From: Octopus sinensis
Taxonomy: Eukaryota
Assembly: GCF_006345805.1 (NCBI RefSeq)
Contig: NW_021828657.1
Coordinates: 1-7,932 of the forward strand
Length of the DNA: 7,932 nt
Direction of reading: 5' to 3'
Shown here: positions 6,651-7,932 of the stretch, piece by piece
Numbering within the stretch: position 1 is the stretch's first letter
Layout of the letters: the number at the start of each line of letters is the position of its first letter
Position numbers and translations under genes: made by a program
The notes under the pieces: model-generated
What the model was told of the DNA's origin: nothing
The model's database searches: none
The model's input: only the letters and a program-made list of their open reading frames with translations

Positions 6651-6866
6651 GGCGGTGAGCTAACAGAACCGTTAACATCCAGGAGTAAAATGCTTAGCGA
6701 CATTCATTTCGGCTCTTTAGGTTCAAATTCCGCCGAGGTCTATTTTGCCTTTTATCCTTTCAGGGTCGATAAAATAACTACCAGTGAGGTACTTGAGTCA
6801 ATGGTACCATCGACTAGGCCCCTCTCCTAAAGTTTCAGGCGTTGTGCTTATAAGAGAAAGGATTAA
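6651..6866 (+). mobile_element. tRNA-derived SINE (family 1), full length, diverged
   Basis: Head ggcggtgagctaacagaaccgtt, B box ggttcaaattcc, tail tttcaggcgttgtgcttataagagaaaggatta. Confidence 0.85.
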
Positions 6867-6893
6867 TTTTAGTAGTAACAGCCGTCAGTTAAT

Positions 6894-7406
6894 TCTTTCA
6901 GCAGTTTCAGTCATTAGATTGCGGCCACGCTGGAGCACCGCTTCCAAATAATTTTAGTCGAATGAATCGAACCCAGTACTTATTTTTTGCCTTTTTGAGC
7001 CTGCTACTTATTCTATCAGTCTCTTTCGCCGGAGACATAAACACACCAACACCGGTTGTCAAGCAGTAGTGGGACACACGCACACACACATACATATATA
7101 CATTCACACACATATATATACATACATATAAAGGTGCAAGCCTGGCCGTGTGGTAAGGAATTTGCTTCGCAACCACATGGTTCCGGGTTCAGTCCCACTG
7201 CGTGGCACCTTGGGAAAGTGTTTTCTACTATAACCGCAGTCCGACCAAAGCATTGTGAGTGGATTTGGTTGACGGAAACTGAATGAAGCCCGTCGTGTGT
7301 GTGCATGTGTGTATGTGTATATATATGTACGACGAGCATCTTTCAGTTTCCGTCTACCGAATCCATTCACAAGGCTTCAGTAGACCCGAGGCTATAGCAG
7401 GAGACA
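6894..7406 (-). mobile_element. Second SINE family with an internal microsatellite; minus-strand copy interrupted by a nested insertion
   Basis: 7406-7329 is the reverse complement of the family-2 5' body at 7219-7296. 7076-6894 reads gtgtcccactactgcttgacaaccggtgttggtgtgtttatgtc...gatagaataagtagcagg...gtactgggttcgattcattcgacta...gcggtgctccagcgtggccgcaatctaatgactgaaac, which I recall as the 3' half of this octopus-type SINE. Linking the two halves into one element is inference. Confidence 0.65.
7133..7296 (+). mobile_element. tRNA-derived SINE 5' half (family 2), nested in microsatellite
   Basis: A box tggccgtgtggt (7143-7154), B box ggttcagtccc (7186-7196), then ggcaccttgggaaagtg...gacggaaactgaatgaagcccgtcgt running into (TG/TA)n. 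Confidence 0.88.
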
Positions 7407-7477
7407 ACATAAGTCAATCAGCTAATTAATTAATTAATCAGTAAACAAATTGAATCCTTGACAAATACTTAGATTAA

Positions 7478-7539
7478 TCAAGCAATGACATATATACGTT
7501 TATATATAATATATATATATAATAATCTATATATTATAT

Positions 7540-7570
<31 letters not shown>

Positions 7571-7582
7571 GTATATATATAC
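7478..7582. repeat. (TA)n/(TATG)n microsatellite
   Basis: Imperfect TA tract. Confidence 0.95.
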
Positions 7583-7639
7583 AGGCACCAAATATACACG
7601 CACATACGTAAGTATGGCTATGTGCTGTGTTCTTGATCA

Positions 7640-7820
7640 AACCACTTTCAATCCCTGCTGTCCCAGTCCACTCAGCTGTAAAATGAGTCCCAGCAAGAGG
7701 TGGGAAGTTGACCCCTCGAAGGACCGGCGTTCCGGCGTTCCGGCATTTAATCCCTGTGATTTTTATGCTCCACGGAAACCGGGTCAAGTTCCCGCTTCGT
7801 GAGGCCTTAGGCTCTTCGAC
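7640..7820 (+). mobile_element. Probable SINE fragment of a third family (CORE-like central domain plus LINE-derived tail)
   Basis: cccagtccactcagctgtaaaatgagt resembles the conserved central motif ccagtccacccagctgtaaatgggt; atgctccacggaaaccggg...gaggccttaggctc resembles 3' tails of invertebrate SINE/LINE pairs. From memory only; no pol III head seen. Confidence 0.45.
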
Positions 7821-7932
7821 ATTCCTACGTTCTAAAGCCTGTTGTGTGTGTTGTGTTCTTTTTTTTTGTTGTTGTTTTGAGCTGTGTCGATGGGAGGAGC
7901 AAAAGAATGAAGAGAAGCAGAAAGGAAAAAAA

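Noticed and set aside
6051-6866. CRISPR-like or satellite array from recurring gttctgagttcaaattc motifs
   Set aside because: The recurrences are SINE B boxes in diverged ~200-bp copies; the context is eukaryotic and there are no unique spacers or cas genes.
7420-7442. Palindromic (TAAT)n run as a homeodomain site cluster
   Set aside because: Indistinguishable from a short tetranucleotide microsatellite in AT-rich DNA.

Overview
Non-coding, repeat-saturated eukaryotic DNA with no supportable host gene. The density of (TA)n/(CA)n/(CCA)n/(TAA)n tracts and the SINE families look like a coleoid cephalopod (octopus-type) genome; this is an inference from remembered repeat families, not a database hit. 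Nearly all ORFs in the track are microsatellite artefacts. Real content: (1) a 575-bp internally deleted mariner with 29-bp TIRs and TA target duplication, retaining a disrupted HTH DNA-binding region; (2) a second, opposite-strand mariner fragment carrying the YSPD..PSD catalytic motif; (3) about eleven tRNA-derived SINE copies or fragments of 2-3 families in tandem, head-to-head and nested arrangements; (4) most interesting, three type I hammerhead-ribozyme-like motifs, all on the minus strand and all beside or between (TA)n tracts (519-562, 3734-3790, 4012-4077). The last lies about 170 nt downstream of a frameshifted reading frame resembling the C-terminus of a Penelope-like element (PLE) GIY-YIG endonuclease. 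This suggests PLE or retrozyme-type ribozyme-bearing retroelement remnants. All structures and translations were worked out by hand and need computational and experimental confirmation.
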